From the IMG/VR virus record IMGVR_UViG_3300042475_001686, positions 1 through 64,000 of that record: DNA of 64,000 nucleotides. The stretch is one strand, 5' to 3'. Below are positions 29,225 through 37,752 of this stretch, in pieces. Position 1 is the stretch's first letter; every line of letters starts with the position of its first letter. The position numbers were made by a program, and so were the translations under genes. The stretch comes from a virus. The notes beneath the pieces were generated by a model. The model made no database searches and had not been told where the DNA came from. It was given only the letters and a program-made list of their open reading frames with translations.

Positions 29225-29494
29225 AACTAACCTTTCTTTATAGGAGAATAATAACATAGAACACTGACAAAGTCAACACGACACGCCGATAAAATAAAAA
29301 ATATTTTGTGTTCTGTATCACATGTCCTAAATGTCCGATTTTCCTAGGCAACCTAGGGGGTTATCCACAGGCTGTGTATAAGTTATGTGTCTAAGGTCAC
29401 AAAAATAGTTTCCCGACACGCCCGAAAAACAGGCTAATTTGTCAGTCCCCCCTGATAGGATACCAGTATAACAAAAAGAAAGGTAGGTCAGAAA

Positions 29495-29692
29495 ATGACT
29501 ACACTAAATAGAAATGAAGTAGTAGATTTGTTAATTGAAATGGATTTCTGCTTAACAGATAAAATCTGCGTATTTTGCTCATCACTAACAGATGGTTGGA
29601 ACGCTATCTGCTACTCTTGCCGTGACTATAAAGGCATGATGAACATTGTTGAAGCCGTAGAATACTACGGAACAGATATTCTCCCTGTGTGA
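29495..29692 (+). CDS. small Cys-rich early protein
   Basis: CVFC..CYSC; RBS. Confidence 0.55.
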   Translation: MTTLNRNEVVDLLIEMDFCLTDKICVFCSSLTDGWNAICYSCRDYKGMMNIVEAVEYYGTDILPV

Positions 29693-29777
29693 GGTAAATC
29701 ACACCCACGCTACGGCGTGTCGAATTGACATTTTTACAAAAGTATGAAATAATAAAATTATAAAGAAAGGTCGAAAA

Positions 29778-29924
29778 ATGACTACATTTGATAGAATACT
29801 AAAGGCTCAACAAGAGCAACGCAAAATCCAAGCGATAAAGGATAAAGCCGTGGTTGAGAGTTTATTCTCTAATAATCCACGCCCTCTCAATAATGCCTAC
29901 CTACTAAAACAGGCTGAGAGATAA
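29778..29924 (+). CDS. 48-aa hypothetical protein (not in the ORF track)
   Basis: TAAAGAAAGG RBS, TTGACA promoter. Confidence 0.5.
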   Translation: MTTFDRILKAQQEQRKIQAIKDKAVVESLFSNNPRPLNNAYLLKQAER

Positions 29925-30005
29925 ATCACAAAAACTAACGGCGTGTCGATTTGATTTCTACGCCAAAATATGAAATAATAGGATACATAAAGAAAGGTAA
30001 AAACT

Positions 30006-30218
30006 ATGAAAACTTATTCAATTGAAGATTTGCTGGTAGATACTTACTACGCACCTCGTTCTCTACGCCGTCGTTTCAATGGCGGAATTATCAACCACGC
30101 AGAAAAGCGTGAGGATATTTATTTATCAGAAGGCTATGAGGCTTTCGCTATTCGCTACCGCCCAACAGGTCGTTTCAATGACGAATGGGCTACTGTCGCC
30201 GTAAAGGTGGCAGACTAA
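30006..30218 (+). CDS. hypothetical early protein
   Basis: AGAAAGG RBS. Confidence 0.55.
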   Translation: MKTYSIEDLLVDTYYAPRSLRRRFNGGIINHAEKREDIYLSEGYEAFAIRYRPTGRFNDEWATVAVKVAD

Positions 30219-30330
30219 TGAAACTTGATGAATTCAAGGCTTATATTGAAGCACAGCGCAAAGCGCAACAATTGACAAACTCAGAGAAAATCGCTAAAAT
30301 TGTATCAACAACTAAGAAAGGCAATAACTA

Positions 30331-30591
30331 ATGACTACAACAACTTATACAGATTACCCATTTACCGCTCAAGGTGTAAAATTTATTTCAAGAGTATATA
30401 ATAATTCACCAATGGCAAATCAAATTGCTATGCTTCCCGCAGGCGTATTTACTCAAATGAATCTTCAAGCAATTACAGACTTGTTAGGTGATGCTTCAAT
30501 TCTAACTCATACAGAATTAGTAAATGAATTAGAAAAAATCAACGAAGGTGGCTCAACTGCTTTCATTCTATTAGATGAGGAAAATAAATAA
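30331..30591 (+). CDS. hypothetical early protein
   Basis: AGAAAGG RBS. Confidence 0.55.
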   Translation: MTTTTYTDYPFTAQGVKFISRVYNNSPMANQIAMLPAGVFTQMNLQAITDLLGDASILTHTELVNELEKINEGGSTAFILLDEENK

Positions 30592-30785
30592 TGTCACTAA
30601 CTAAATCACACTTCAAGGCTATCGCCTCAATTCTAAATGATGTCAAAGATGAAATTCACCCGCAGGTCTATGAAGACCTCGTGGAAAGTTTCGCAGTTTA
30701 TTTCTCAACTAAAAACGAAATGTTCGACAAAGCAAAATTTGAAACTGCTTGCGGTGTTGATGAGATAGGACTAATTCCAGTATGA
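30591..30785 (+). CDS. conserved small phage protein
   Basis: TKSHFKAIA..FDKAKFETAC. Confidence 0.55.
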   Translation: MSLTKSHFKAIASILNDVKDEIHPQVYEDLVESFAVYFSTKNEMFDKAKFETACGVDEIGLIPV

Positions 30786-31263
30786 TGAGAATTCTAACTA
30801 CACTTGTTCAAATTGGTTTAGTGCTTTCAATTTATTTTATAATTAGAAATGCCACGAAAGAAAACTAAATTTAGTAAATGCGAAATCTGCGGTAGAATTT
30901 TTATCGCAGATCTAAAGTGTTTTGTGTGCGCTGCTAAAAATGCTTGAACTTTCAACTAAAATCGCCTAGGGGGTTTTCCACAGGTTTATCCACAATGTGA
31001 ATTACGTTACAATGTGAATTTCCCCACAGATTTATCGGCGTGTCGGATTGAAAATGTCAGTAGAAAATGATAGGCTGGAAGCCTGAAAATAAAGAAAGGA
31101 TAACTAATGAAAAAAAATGTTCTAATTAGTTTTGTTACTGAAGCAGACTCAGATTTATCTGCTGTATTTGCTCTAAATAAAACTTTTCTAAATTTGCCTG
31201 AAAACGAATTAGCAAAGTTTGATGTGTTTGATGTTGTCGATGTTGTAGAGGAGGCTCAATAAA

Positions 31264-31761
31264 ATGGGTTTGGATATGTATCTCCACGCTAAAAAGTATG
31301 TGGAAAAAGTAAATTGGCAGGCGTTACAGGATAATGATGAATTGTCTTATGACTCTCCTGAAGTGGTATTCCCTTTGTGGAATAATATTGTTGAAACAGC
31401 AGGAATGAAAGATGTTGCTGTTGATATCTATGGCGTTCATGTTGAAGTAACTTGTGCTTATTGGCGCAAGGCTAATCAGATACACGCTTGGTTTGTAAAG
31501 AATGTTCAGGGTGGAGAAGATAATTGTGGAGAATACTATGTATCCCATGAGAAATTGAAATCTCTACTTGATCTTGTGAATAAGGCTTTGGCAGAGCGTA
31601 ATCCTAACTTGTTACCCCCACAAGCAGGATTTTTCTTTGGCGGTACTGATATCGATGAATGGTATTGGCAAGACCTAAAGAATACTAAGGCTAAATTGGA
31701 CAGAGTATTTGCTCTACCCGAAATGTCCAAATTGTCCTTTTACTACACTTCTTCGTGGTAA
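31264..31761 (+). CDS. conserved phage protein
   Basis: MGLDMYL..YWRKANQIHAWF..GFFFG..YYTSSW. Confidence 0.65.
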   Translation: MGLDMYLHAKKYVEKVNWQALQDNDELSYDSPEVVFPLWNNIVETAGMKDVAVDIYGVHVEVTCAYWRKANQIHAWFVKNVQGGEDNCGEYYVSHEKLKSLLDLVNKALAERNPNLLPPQAGFFFGGTDIDEWYWQDLKNTKAKLDRVFALPEMSKLSFYYTSSW

Positions 31762-31832
31762 AGGGCGTGGGGGATTTGATTTTGTCAGTCCCCCATGATA
31801 AGGTTAGATTATTGAAAGAAAGGAAATAAAAA

Positions 31833-32045
31833 ATGGATAAATTGGAATACGCACTACGGACTATTGCTAACTGCGACCTATGCTACGGCAAGGGTTATCA
31901 TGGATTTGCTAATGGCGAGGACTACGACATGGAGGACTGCGAGTGTAATATCTACGGGCTAATCCTTGACGAAGACGGCTCAGTATTATTTGACAATGGC
32001 TTACTAAGTGAGCCTCAATTATTTACAACACAGGAGGCTTACTAA
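31833..32045 (+). CDS. zinc-finger-like protein
   Basis: CDLCYGKG..DCECN. Confidence 0.55.
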   Translation: MDKLEYALRTIANCDLCYGKGYHGFANGEDYDMEDCECNIYGLILDEDGSVLFDNGLLSEPQLFTTQEAY

Positions 32046-32046
32046 T

Positions 32047-32328
32047 ATGGGAAGTAATTTCGCACACGATTTAGCGTTGTTTGATGATATGGCTATTGAG
32101 AAGCAGATTAGAATTCACTTGTCTGCTAATCACTACCCACCCGTTCCACCTATCATGGTTCAACCTTGTGTTGAAGCCATTGACGCTGTGAATGACGCAG
32201 GACTTTGGGATTTAGAAATTCCTATGCCTGAAGGTGTAAGTTATAAAGGTTTGACTACTGCTCCTGCTTGGGCTATTATTGAACAACACCACCTTGATGC
32301 GTGGCTTATTGAAAGAGAGGAAGTCTAA
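32047..32328 (+). CDS. hypothetical phage protein
   Basis: HLSANHYPPVP..AIIEQHHL; start at MGSNF after GGAGG. Confidence 0.55.
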   Translation: MGSNFAHDLALFDDMAIEKQIRIHLSANHYPPVPPIMVQPCVEAIDAVNDAGLWDLEIPMPEGVSYKGLTTAPAWAIIEQHHLDAWLIEREEV

Positions 32329-32469
32329 TGAAATTTGATGAAATGGTAGTAAAGGTTCTTGACCTATTCCCTGAAGCGTTCTTCCATGAAGGAGAAGATG
32401 GCGAGGTAGTAATCTCAACAGGCTTCAGACTTGTAAATGACGAACTAATAGCGATGGAGGAAATCTAAA

Positions 32470-32679
32470 ATGGAATACACTTACTCACTTACTACTTCCT
32501 ATGACGGAAGCCTTGTAAATACCCTGCGAGTATCAGACATGCTTGAAGCCGTAAATGTGTGGGATAAATGCGTAGACTTTGGAGATGCTAAGGAATACGC
32601 AACCTACAACCTATCAGACCCAACAGGTAAAATGTATACAAAAACCTTTTATCGTAATGGAGAGGTATCCATTCGCTAA
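32470..32679 (+). CDS. hypothetical protein
   Basis: GGAGG RBS. Confidence 0.5.
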   Translation: MEYTYSLTTSYDGSLVNTLRVSDMLEAVNVWDKCVDFGDAKEYATYNLSDPTGKMYTKTFYRNGEVSIR

Positions 32680-32913
32680 ATGTCTGATACAATGATTCGT
32701 ATGGAAGAAGACTTTCGCTTGGTAGATATTCTCAACGCAGACCAATTAGAAGTAGGAGATCTAATTGGTTTGAATGATGAAGTTGTTAGAGTAATTGAAA
32801 TTGCCCCAGCAAAATTTGGTTATGTTGTCACCTATGAAAATGAATTTGGTGAAAAAGAAATTTCAGATATAACTGATGATGAACGTTTTGAATTATTTAT
32901 AGAAAACTTCTAA
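32680..32913 (+). CDS. hypothetical small beta-barrel-like protein
   Basis: ADQLEVGDLI. Confidence 0.45.
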   Translation: MSDTMIRMEEDFRLVDILNADQLEVGDLIGLNDEVVRVIEIAPAKFGYVVTYENEFGEKEISDITDDERFELFIENF

Positions 32914-33145
32914 AAACCGCCTAGGCGATTCGGACAATTCGGACATTTGCATTTTTGTTATTTTTATGATAAGATTATTACATGATGAAAAAAACGGCTG
33001 AGGAATTACGCAGACTTATGGAATTACGCAGATCTAATGCTGCAACTCCATTAAGGAATAAAAAATCCTACTCCCGCAAAGTTAAACACAAAAAATTTGA
33101 CTTATCAAAATAAAAATGTTATAATAAAAATAAAGAAAGGAACCC

Positions 33146-33865
33146 ATGAAACTAAAACGTAGCATGGACAGAAAGGTAACTAATGCCGTCTCACCCAATG
33201 GAAAAACCCCAACAATTGCCAACACTTTTGGATTGCCTGCTGGAAAGGCTTTCTCGTGCCCTGGTGCCACCAATACTTGTGAAAGTGTTTGTTACGCAGG
33301 AAAACTTGAAAGAGTATACAAAGGAGTAAAGGCTGTACTCCTGCACAATTGGGAATTACTAAAAGACGCAGACCATGACACTATGGAAAACCTGCTGCAG
33401 GAAATGATTGAAGACTTTAGAAAAGATTGTGAAAAGAAAGACGCTCCTCTGCTATTCCGCATTCACTGGGACGGGGACTTCTTTTCTGATGAGTACGCAT
33501 TCGCATGGAAACACGTTATTCTAAATAACCCTGATATCAAATTCTGGGTTTATACACGTGTAGCCTCTGCTGCTAATATGCTAAAGAATATAGATAACTT
33601 ATCTCTATACTATTCAACAGATAAAGATAACAAAGAGATTGCTATTAGTCTAAATAAGGAAAAGGGCATTCGATTGGCATACCTTGCGGATACCTTCGCA
33701 ATTGGGCAGGCAGACCTAAAGGCAATGATAGGCAAGCCTGGTGCTAAGTGTCCTGAGAATAAAAAGGCTATTCCCCTAATCTCACAGGCAGGCAGCGCAT
33801 GCGTGTCTTGTGGCTTGTGTATTGACGAGAAATCTGATATAGTATTTAGCGCAAAGAAAAAGTAA
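33146..33865 (+). CDS. mycobacteriophage gp88-like protein
   Basis: SCPGATNTCESVCYA, FRIHWDGDF, WVYTR, C-terminal CVSCGLC. Confidence 0.65.
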   Translation: MKLKRSMDRKVTNAVSPNGKTPTIANTFGLPAGKAFSCPGATNTCESVCYAGKLERVYKGVKAVLLHNWELLKDADHDTMENLLQEMIEDFRKDCEKKDAPLLFRIHWDGDFFSDEYAFAWKHVILNNPDIKFWVYTRVASAANMLKNIDNLSLYYSTDKDNKEIAISLNKEKGIRLAYLADTFAIGQADLKAMIGKPGAKCPENKKAIPLISQAGSACVSCGLCIDEKSDIVFSAKKK

Positions 33866-34051
33866 GGGACAGATGAAAATAATACTATTATTAGGGTGGG
33901 CTATGCTCCTATGGGTGCTTTTCTATCCCCCCCTAAAGTGACCTATCTCACAATCTCAAAATGTGAGAAATGTCAGAAATAACTTGACACAGCAAAAAAT
34001 AAATGTCATAATAATAACAAGTAAGAAAACAACTAACAAAGGAGAAAGAAA

Positions 34052-34219
34052 ATGGCAGTAGCAACAGCAACCTACAAGGTAGGCGACCTATACACCTCAC
34101 AGAAGTCAAAGGTTACAGGCACTATCACAGAAATCAAGCCAAACAAGGACGGCTCAACTGTTCGTGTCAAACTTGATGTCAATGGCACACCTCGCTGGAC
34201 AACTTGGACAGCAAAGTAA
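34052..34219 (+). CDS. 55-aa SH3/KOW-like protein (not in the ORF track)
   Basis: YKVGDLYTSQKSKVTGTI..VRVKLDVNGTPRW; AGGAG RBS. Confidence 0.6.
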   Translation: MAVATATYKVGDLYTSQKSKVTGTITEIKPNKDGSTVRVKLDVNGTPRWTTWTAK

Positions 34220-34235
34220 TTCCTAATACAGGAAA

Positions 34236-34264
34236 AGTCCTGAGCATGACTACTAAAACTGCTC
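34236..34264 (+). ncRNA. 3'-UTR H-type pseudoknot motif, copy 1
   Basis: AGTC-CTGAGCAT-GACT-ACTAAAAC-TGCTC. Confidence 0.7.
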
Positions 34265-34331
34265 ACTTGACTTTCTAACTGAAAAATGTTAGACTATAAA
34301 TAACCCAAAACCCATAAGAAAGGAAAACAAA

Positions 34332-34754
34332 ATGGCAAGAAGCCAAAAAGCAATTAGCGTGAAAATCGCTACGACTAAAGTTATCAAGGCTTTAGAAACT
34401 AAGTTAGCACAAATCCAAAAGGATAAGGCTAATCAAGCAACTAACGAGGAGAAGTTCAACAAGGCTCACGAAAAGTGGTCTAAAGATGTTGCTAAACTTT
34501 CTCTCAACGCTATCAACAAGGCAGAGGACTTATCTGCTAATCTAAGATACAATGGCATGGTTCATGTTTCTTTTGATTTGCCTAAAGGTTCTATTGACCT
34601 ACCTGCTCAACCTGAAAAGGATTTTGACACTTATCATGAGTGGCAATACAAAGAAATGGTAGATGAAATTGAGAACGCTATTCGTATTCTCAAGATGACA
34701 GATGAGGAAGTAGTTTCTACCTCAACTTACAACGCTATCGCCCGATACTTGTAA
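34332..34754 (+). CDS. hypothetical coiled-coil protein
   Basis: TTGACT..TAGACT promoter, AGAAAGGA RBS. Confidence 0.6.
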   Translation: MARSQKAISVKIATTKVIKALETKLAQIQKDKANQATNEEKFNKAHEKWSKDVAKLSLNAINKAEDLSANLRYNGMVHVSFDLPKGSIDLPAQPEKDFDTYHEWQYKEMVDEIENAIRILKMTDEEVVSTSTYNAIARYL

Positions 34755-34759
34755 TTCAC

Positions 34760-34786
34760 TCTCCTGAGCATGAGATAAAACTGCTC
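34760..34786 (+). ncRNA. pseudoknot motif, copy 2
   Basis: TCTC-CTGAGCAT-GAGA-TAAAAC-TGCTC. Confidence 0.7.
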
Positions 34787-34815
34787 ACTAACAAAATAGA
34801 CAGAAAGGAAAACAA

Positions 34816-34983
34816 ATGACACTCGGAGGCTACACTTATCAGGTAGGAGATTTATTTACTACCAGCAAGACAGGCGTTACAGGACGAATTGAAAAGTTTG
34901 TTCCACAAAGTAAAAATGTAACTCGTGTAATGCTTCGTTTGGCAAATGGTCAGCAACGATTTGCTATGGTAAAGACTTACTAA
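34816..34983 (+). CDS. 55-aa paralog of 34052..34219 (not in the ORF track)
   Basis: YQVGDLFTTSKTGVTGRI..TRVMLRLANGQQRF. Confidence 0.6.
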   Translation: MTLGGYTYQVGDLFTTSKTGVTGRIEKFVPQSKNVTRVMLRLANGQQRFAMVKTY

Positions 34984-35068
34984 TAAAATTGTTACTCTGT
35001 GTTCAAGGCAGACTGCGACACAAAATCGAATTGTGTTGATCTTTCTGCGAAAGTCCCTTGAGTAACCT

Positions 35069-35096
35069 TACTCCTGAGCATGAGTATAAACTGCTC
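35069..35096 (+). ncRNA. pseudoknot motif, copy 3
   Basis: TACTC-CTGAGCAT-GAGTA-TAAAC-TGCTC. Confidence 0.7.
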
Positions 35097-35224
35097 CCCT
35101 CTCAAAAAATCGCCTAGGCAATGTGATTTAAAACACAGTCCACTATGTGAGATAGTTTACGTTCTCGATTTGATTTCCCCTCTAAAAAATGTTATGATTA
35201 TATTATCTAAGAAAGGATAAATAA

Positions 35225-35488
35225 ATGATTAGCACCGCAATAGCAATACAAATGGCAACGCAGGACGCAGTTCATGACGAGAGTGTTATGGATTTGGCTT
35301 CTGCTCTTTATCATCACAGAAATGAAATGAGCGACGAGGACTTTGCTAAAGCAATGTTTATGTATTCTGCTCATCTATCAGCAATGACCGCTACTTTAGT
35401 TACTCATGCCTGCTTGACTGAAAGCCAACTAAATGATATGCTTGAAACAATAAAGGAAATGGATTCCATGGGAAAGGATATTGAATAA
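35225..35488 (+). CDS. hypothetical protein
   Basis: AGAAAGGA RBS. Confidence 0.55.
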   Translation: MISTAIAIQMATQDAVHDESVMDLASALYHHRNEMSDEDFAKAMFMYSAHLSAMTATLVTHACLTESQLNDMLETIKEMDSMGKDIE

Positions 35489-35928
35489 TGGAAACAACAG
35501 AAACCGTAGTACCCGAACACTACAACTCCAATCAACTCGTAACTTATAAGGTTATTGAGAATGGTGCCGCTACATATCCAACCGTAAAGGTTGTGGACCT
35601 TGAGTGGGACCTGTATCAGAATCGTTCTAATGCAGCCAGTCTGTCTCAATACATTAATAAAGTAAATCAGTTAGAGAATCGTCTTCCTGATTATCTTGAT
35701 ATGGATTCAGAAGATATTGTCTCTGATATCTGCAGCATTTTTGGATTCAACCCAACTAAGGAAATTGAATTCGAGGCAACAGCCACAATTACTGGTCGTG
35801 TACTTGTACCACTTAGTGATTTAGCAAACTTTGATATCGACGACATAGACTTAACCGTTTATGCAGATTCACATTCACACGACGTTGAAGTTGATGTAGA
35901 AGTTGACCACATCTCTCGTGTAGACTAA
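35488..35928 (+). CDS. acidic hypothetical protein
   Basis: Translationally coupled to the upstream gene. Confidence 0.55.
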   Translation: METTETVVPEHYNSNQLVTYKVIENGAATYPTVKVVDLEWDLYQNRSNAASLSQYINKVNQLENRLPDYLDMDSEDIVSDICSIFGFNPTKEIEFEATATITGRVLVPLSDLANFDIDDIDLTVYADSHSHDVEVDVEVDHISRVD

Positions 35929-36009
35929 TAAATTTCTTGGCCTTCATGAAAGGGGCCAAGATCTGCAAGCATTGCTCCTCTTTCATCCTTTCTTTAGGGA
36001 GCATGCAAG

Positions 36010-36038
36010 GGACCTGAGCACGTCCACGTAAACTGCTC
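36010..36038 (+). ncRNA. pseudoknot motif, copy 4
   Basis: GGAC-CTGAGCAC-GTCC-ACGTAAAC-TGCTC. Confidence 0.7.
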
Positions 36039-36173
36039 TTTAAAAATTGCCTAGCCCGCAAAATCTTATTTTGTCAAATTTACGGCGTGTCGGGACATTT
36101 ACGTACCAGGATTTGCAATTGTCAGAGGGTTATGCTAAGATTGATAAATCACTTACAGAAAGGACAAAAAATA

Positions 36174-37190
36174 ATGGCGCATGAATTAGAAACGCAAAAT
36201 GGCGTTGCTTCTTTCGCATCATTCCGTGAACCTGCTTGGCATGGTCTTGGCACAGTATTCACGGAAGAAAAAACAACAGCAGAAATGTTATCTGCTGCTA
36301 ATCTAAACAATTGGAATGTTCGTCTTGAGGACGTAAATGTTCCATCTCACTTATCGTCAGATAAATCTTATCAATATGTTGTTCGCACTAACCCTACGGA
36401 TAACACACAGACCGATATTCTCGGTGTTGTTGGTGAGCGTTATCATGTTTTACAGAATGAAGATTTATTCTCATTCGGTGATAATATTCTTGACGGCGGA
36501 GGTCGTTGGGAAACTGCTGGCTCTATTCGTGGAGGTCGTGTTGTATTCGGTTCTCTTGCTCTTGAGCGTGAAACTGTATTAGACCCAAATGGTGTTGCGG
36601 ATAAGGTCAAAACTTATCTTCTCATCAATACATCACATGACGGCTCTATTGCTATTCAAGCAAGTATAACACCTGTTCGTGTTGTATGCGCTAACACTCT
36701 AAACCTTGCTCTTGGCTCTAAGCGTGGGCGTAATGCTATCAAGCAATCTTTCAAGATTCGCCACACACAGACCGCTAATGGTAAAGTTCAAATTGCTCGT
36801 GAGGCTCTTGGTCTTGCTAATGCTTACATGGACGCTTTCGACATCATGGCTAAACAAATGATTGAGAAAGAAATCACAGCGCAACAGTTCAATGATATTG
36901 TTCTCGCTGCGTATCCTAAGCCTGATGAAGAAAAGAAGGGCGCACTTACTCGTTGGACTAACAAGGTTGATGTTATCAATGACATCTACACAGGTGAGTT
37001 CAATGGCATGATTGCTGGCAATGCGTGGGGTGCTTTCAATGCTCTTACTGAACGCCTTGATTGGCATCGTTCTGCTCGTGGTGGAAATACTGAGGCAATG
37101 CTCGCTGCTGCTTCTGGTTTTGACGCAACAATTACAGCAGAAAAAAATCGCTTGCTAACTGTTGTAAAAAATACTTTGCAACTCGCATAG
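36174..37190 (+). CDS. DUF932-family phage/plasmid protein
   Basis: MAHELE..PAWHGLG..ETAGSIRGGRVVF..NTSHDGS..TPVRVVCANTL. Confidence 0.8.
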   Translation: MAHELETQNGVASFASFREPAWHGLGTVFTEEKTTAEMLSAANLNNWNVRLEDVNVPSHLSSDKSYQYVVRTNPTDNTQTDILGVVGERYHVLQNEDLFSFGDNILDGGGRWETAGSIRGGRVVFGSLALERETVLDPNGVADKVKTYLLINTSHDGSIAIQASITPVRVVCANTLNLALGSKRGRNAIKQSFKIRHTQTANGKVQIAREALGLANAYMDAFDIMAKQMIEKEITAQQFNDIVLAAYPKPDEEKKGALTRWTNKVDVINDIYTGEFNGMIAGNAWGAFNALTERLDWHRSARGGNTEAMLAAASGFDATITAEKNRLLTVVKNTLQLA

Positions 37191-37194
37191 CAAA

Positions 37195-37222
37195 ATTTCC
37201 TGAGCATGAAATAAAACTGCTC
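37195..37222 (+). ncRNA. pseudoknot motif, copy 5
   Basis: ATTTC-CTGAGCAT-GAAAT-AAAAC-TGCTC. Confidence 0.7.
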
Positions 37223-37336
37223 AATTTTTATTTTTCAATTTGCAGATCATAACAAAAAATGCCTAGCAAAACCGACAAATCGGACATTGTATTTTTGTAA
37301 ATATTTTATTACGTAGCACTTGCTTTTTTTGCTGGA

Positions 37337-37552
37337 TTGTGGGATAATAAATATATGACAATAGACGAACTAACAACCCACATATTTAAAATGCGTAATG
37401 GTTTGGAAGAAGACCTACGCAATCTTGCTGATGAAATGGAAGCACTTGACCCTGCTGCTAAAGACTTTGCTGACCTTGACTTTGAATATAATTTTATTAA
37501 TGGACAGGTAGCGGCATTCAATTACGTACTTACTAAGATAGGCCTACAATGA
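37337..37552 (+). CDS. hypothetical protein (real start probably MTIDEL)
   Basis: ORF follows a TTGCTT..GATAAT promoter. Confidence 0.45.
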   Translation: MWDNKYMTIDELTTHIFKMRNGLEEDLRNLADEMEALDPAAKDFADLDFEYNFINGQVAAFNYVLTKIGLQ

Positions 37553-37752
37553 GCAGACTGTACACCATTGATGAATTAGTTACAGAGATCTATGAAGATA
37601 ACCTATCTCATTTTGATGACAGAGACACATCGGATGACTGTGATTGTCAGATCCATACTACCATTAGGACTATTGTGCAATATTGGGAGTAACTTGACAT
37701 ACCCCTGACATTTTGCTAAAATTGCATTACGAACCCAACAGAAAGGACCCCA

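Larger units (their letters stand above)
28822..29461. promoter_or_regulatory. divergent promoter hub: TGTCAG-N10-TANNNT promoters, CRP-like, GACAC and DnaA boxes
   Basis: Minus promoters at 28822-43, 29061-82 and 29248-69; plus promoter at 29440-61; TGTGA-N6-TCACA at 29111; TTATCCACA at 29361. Confidence 0.7.

Noticed and set aside
34236-34264. Pseudoknot motif as a hammerhead, pistol or preQ1 element
   Set aside because: Lacks the CUGANGA/GAAA three-stem core and the extra pistol stems; sits in 3' UTRs rather than leaders
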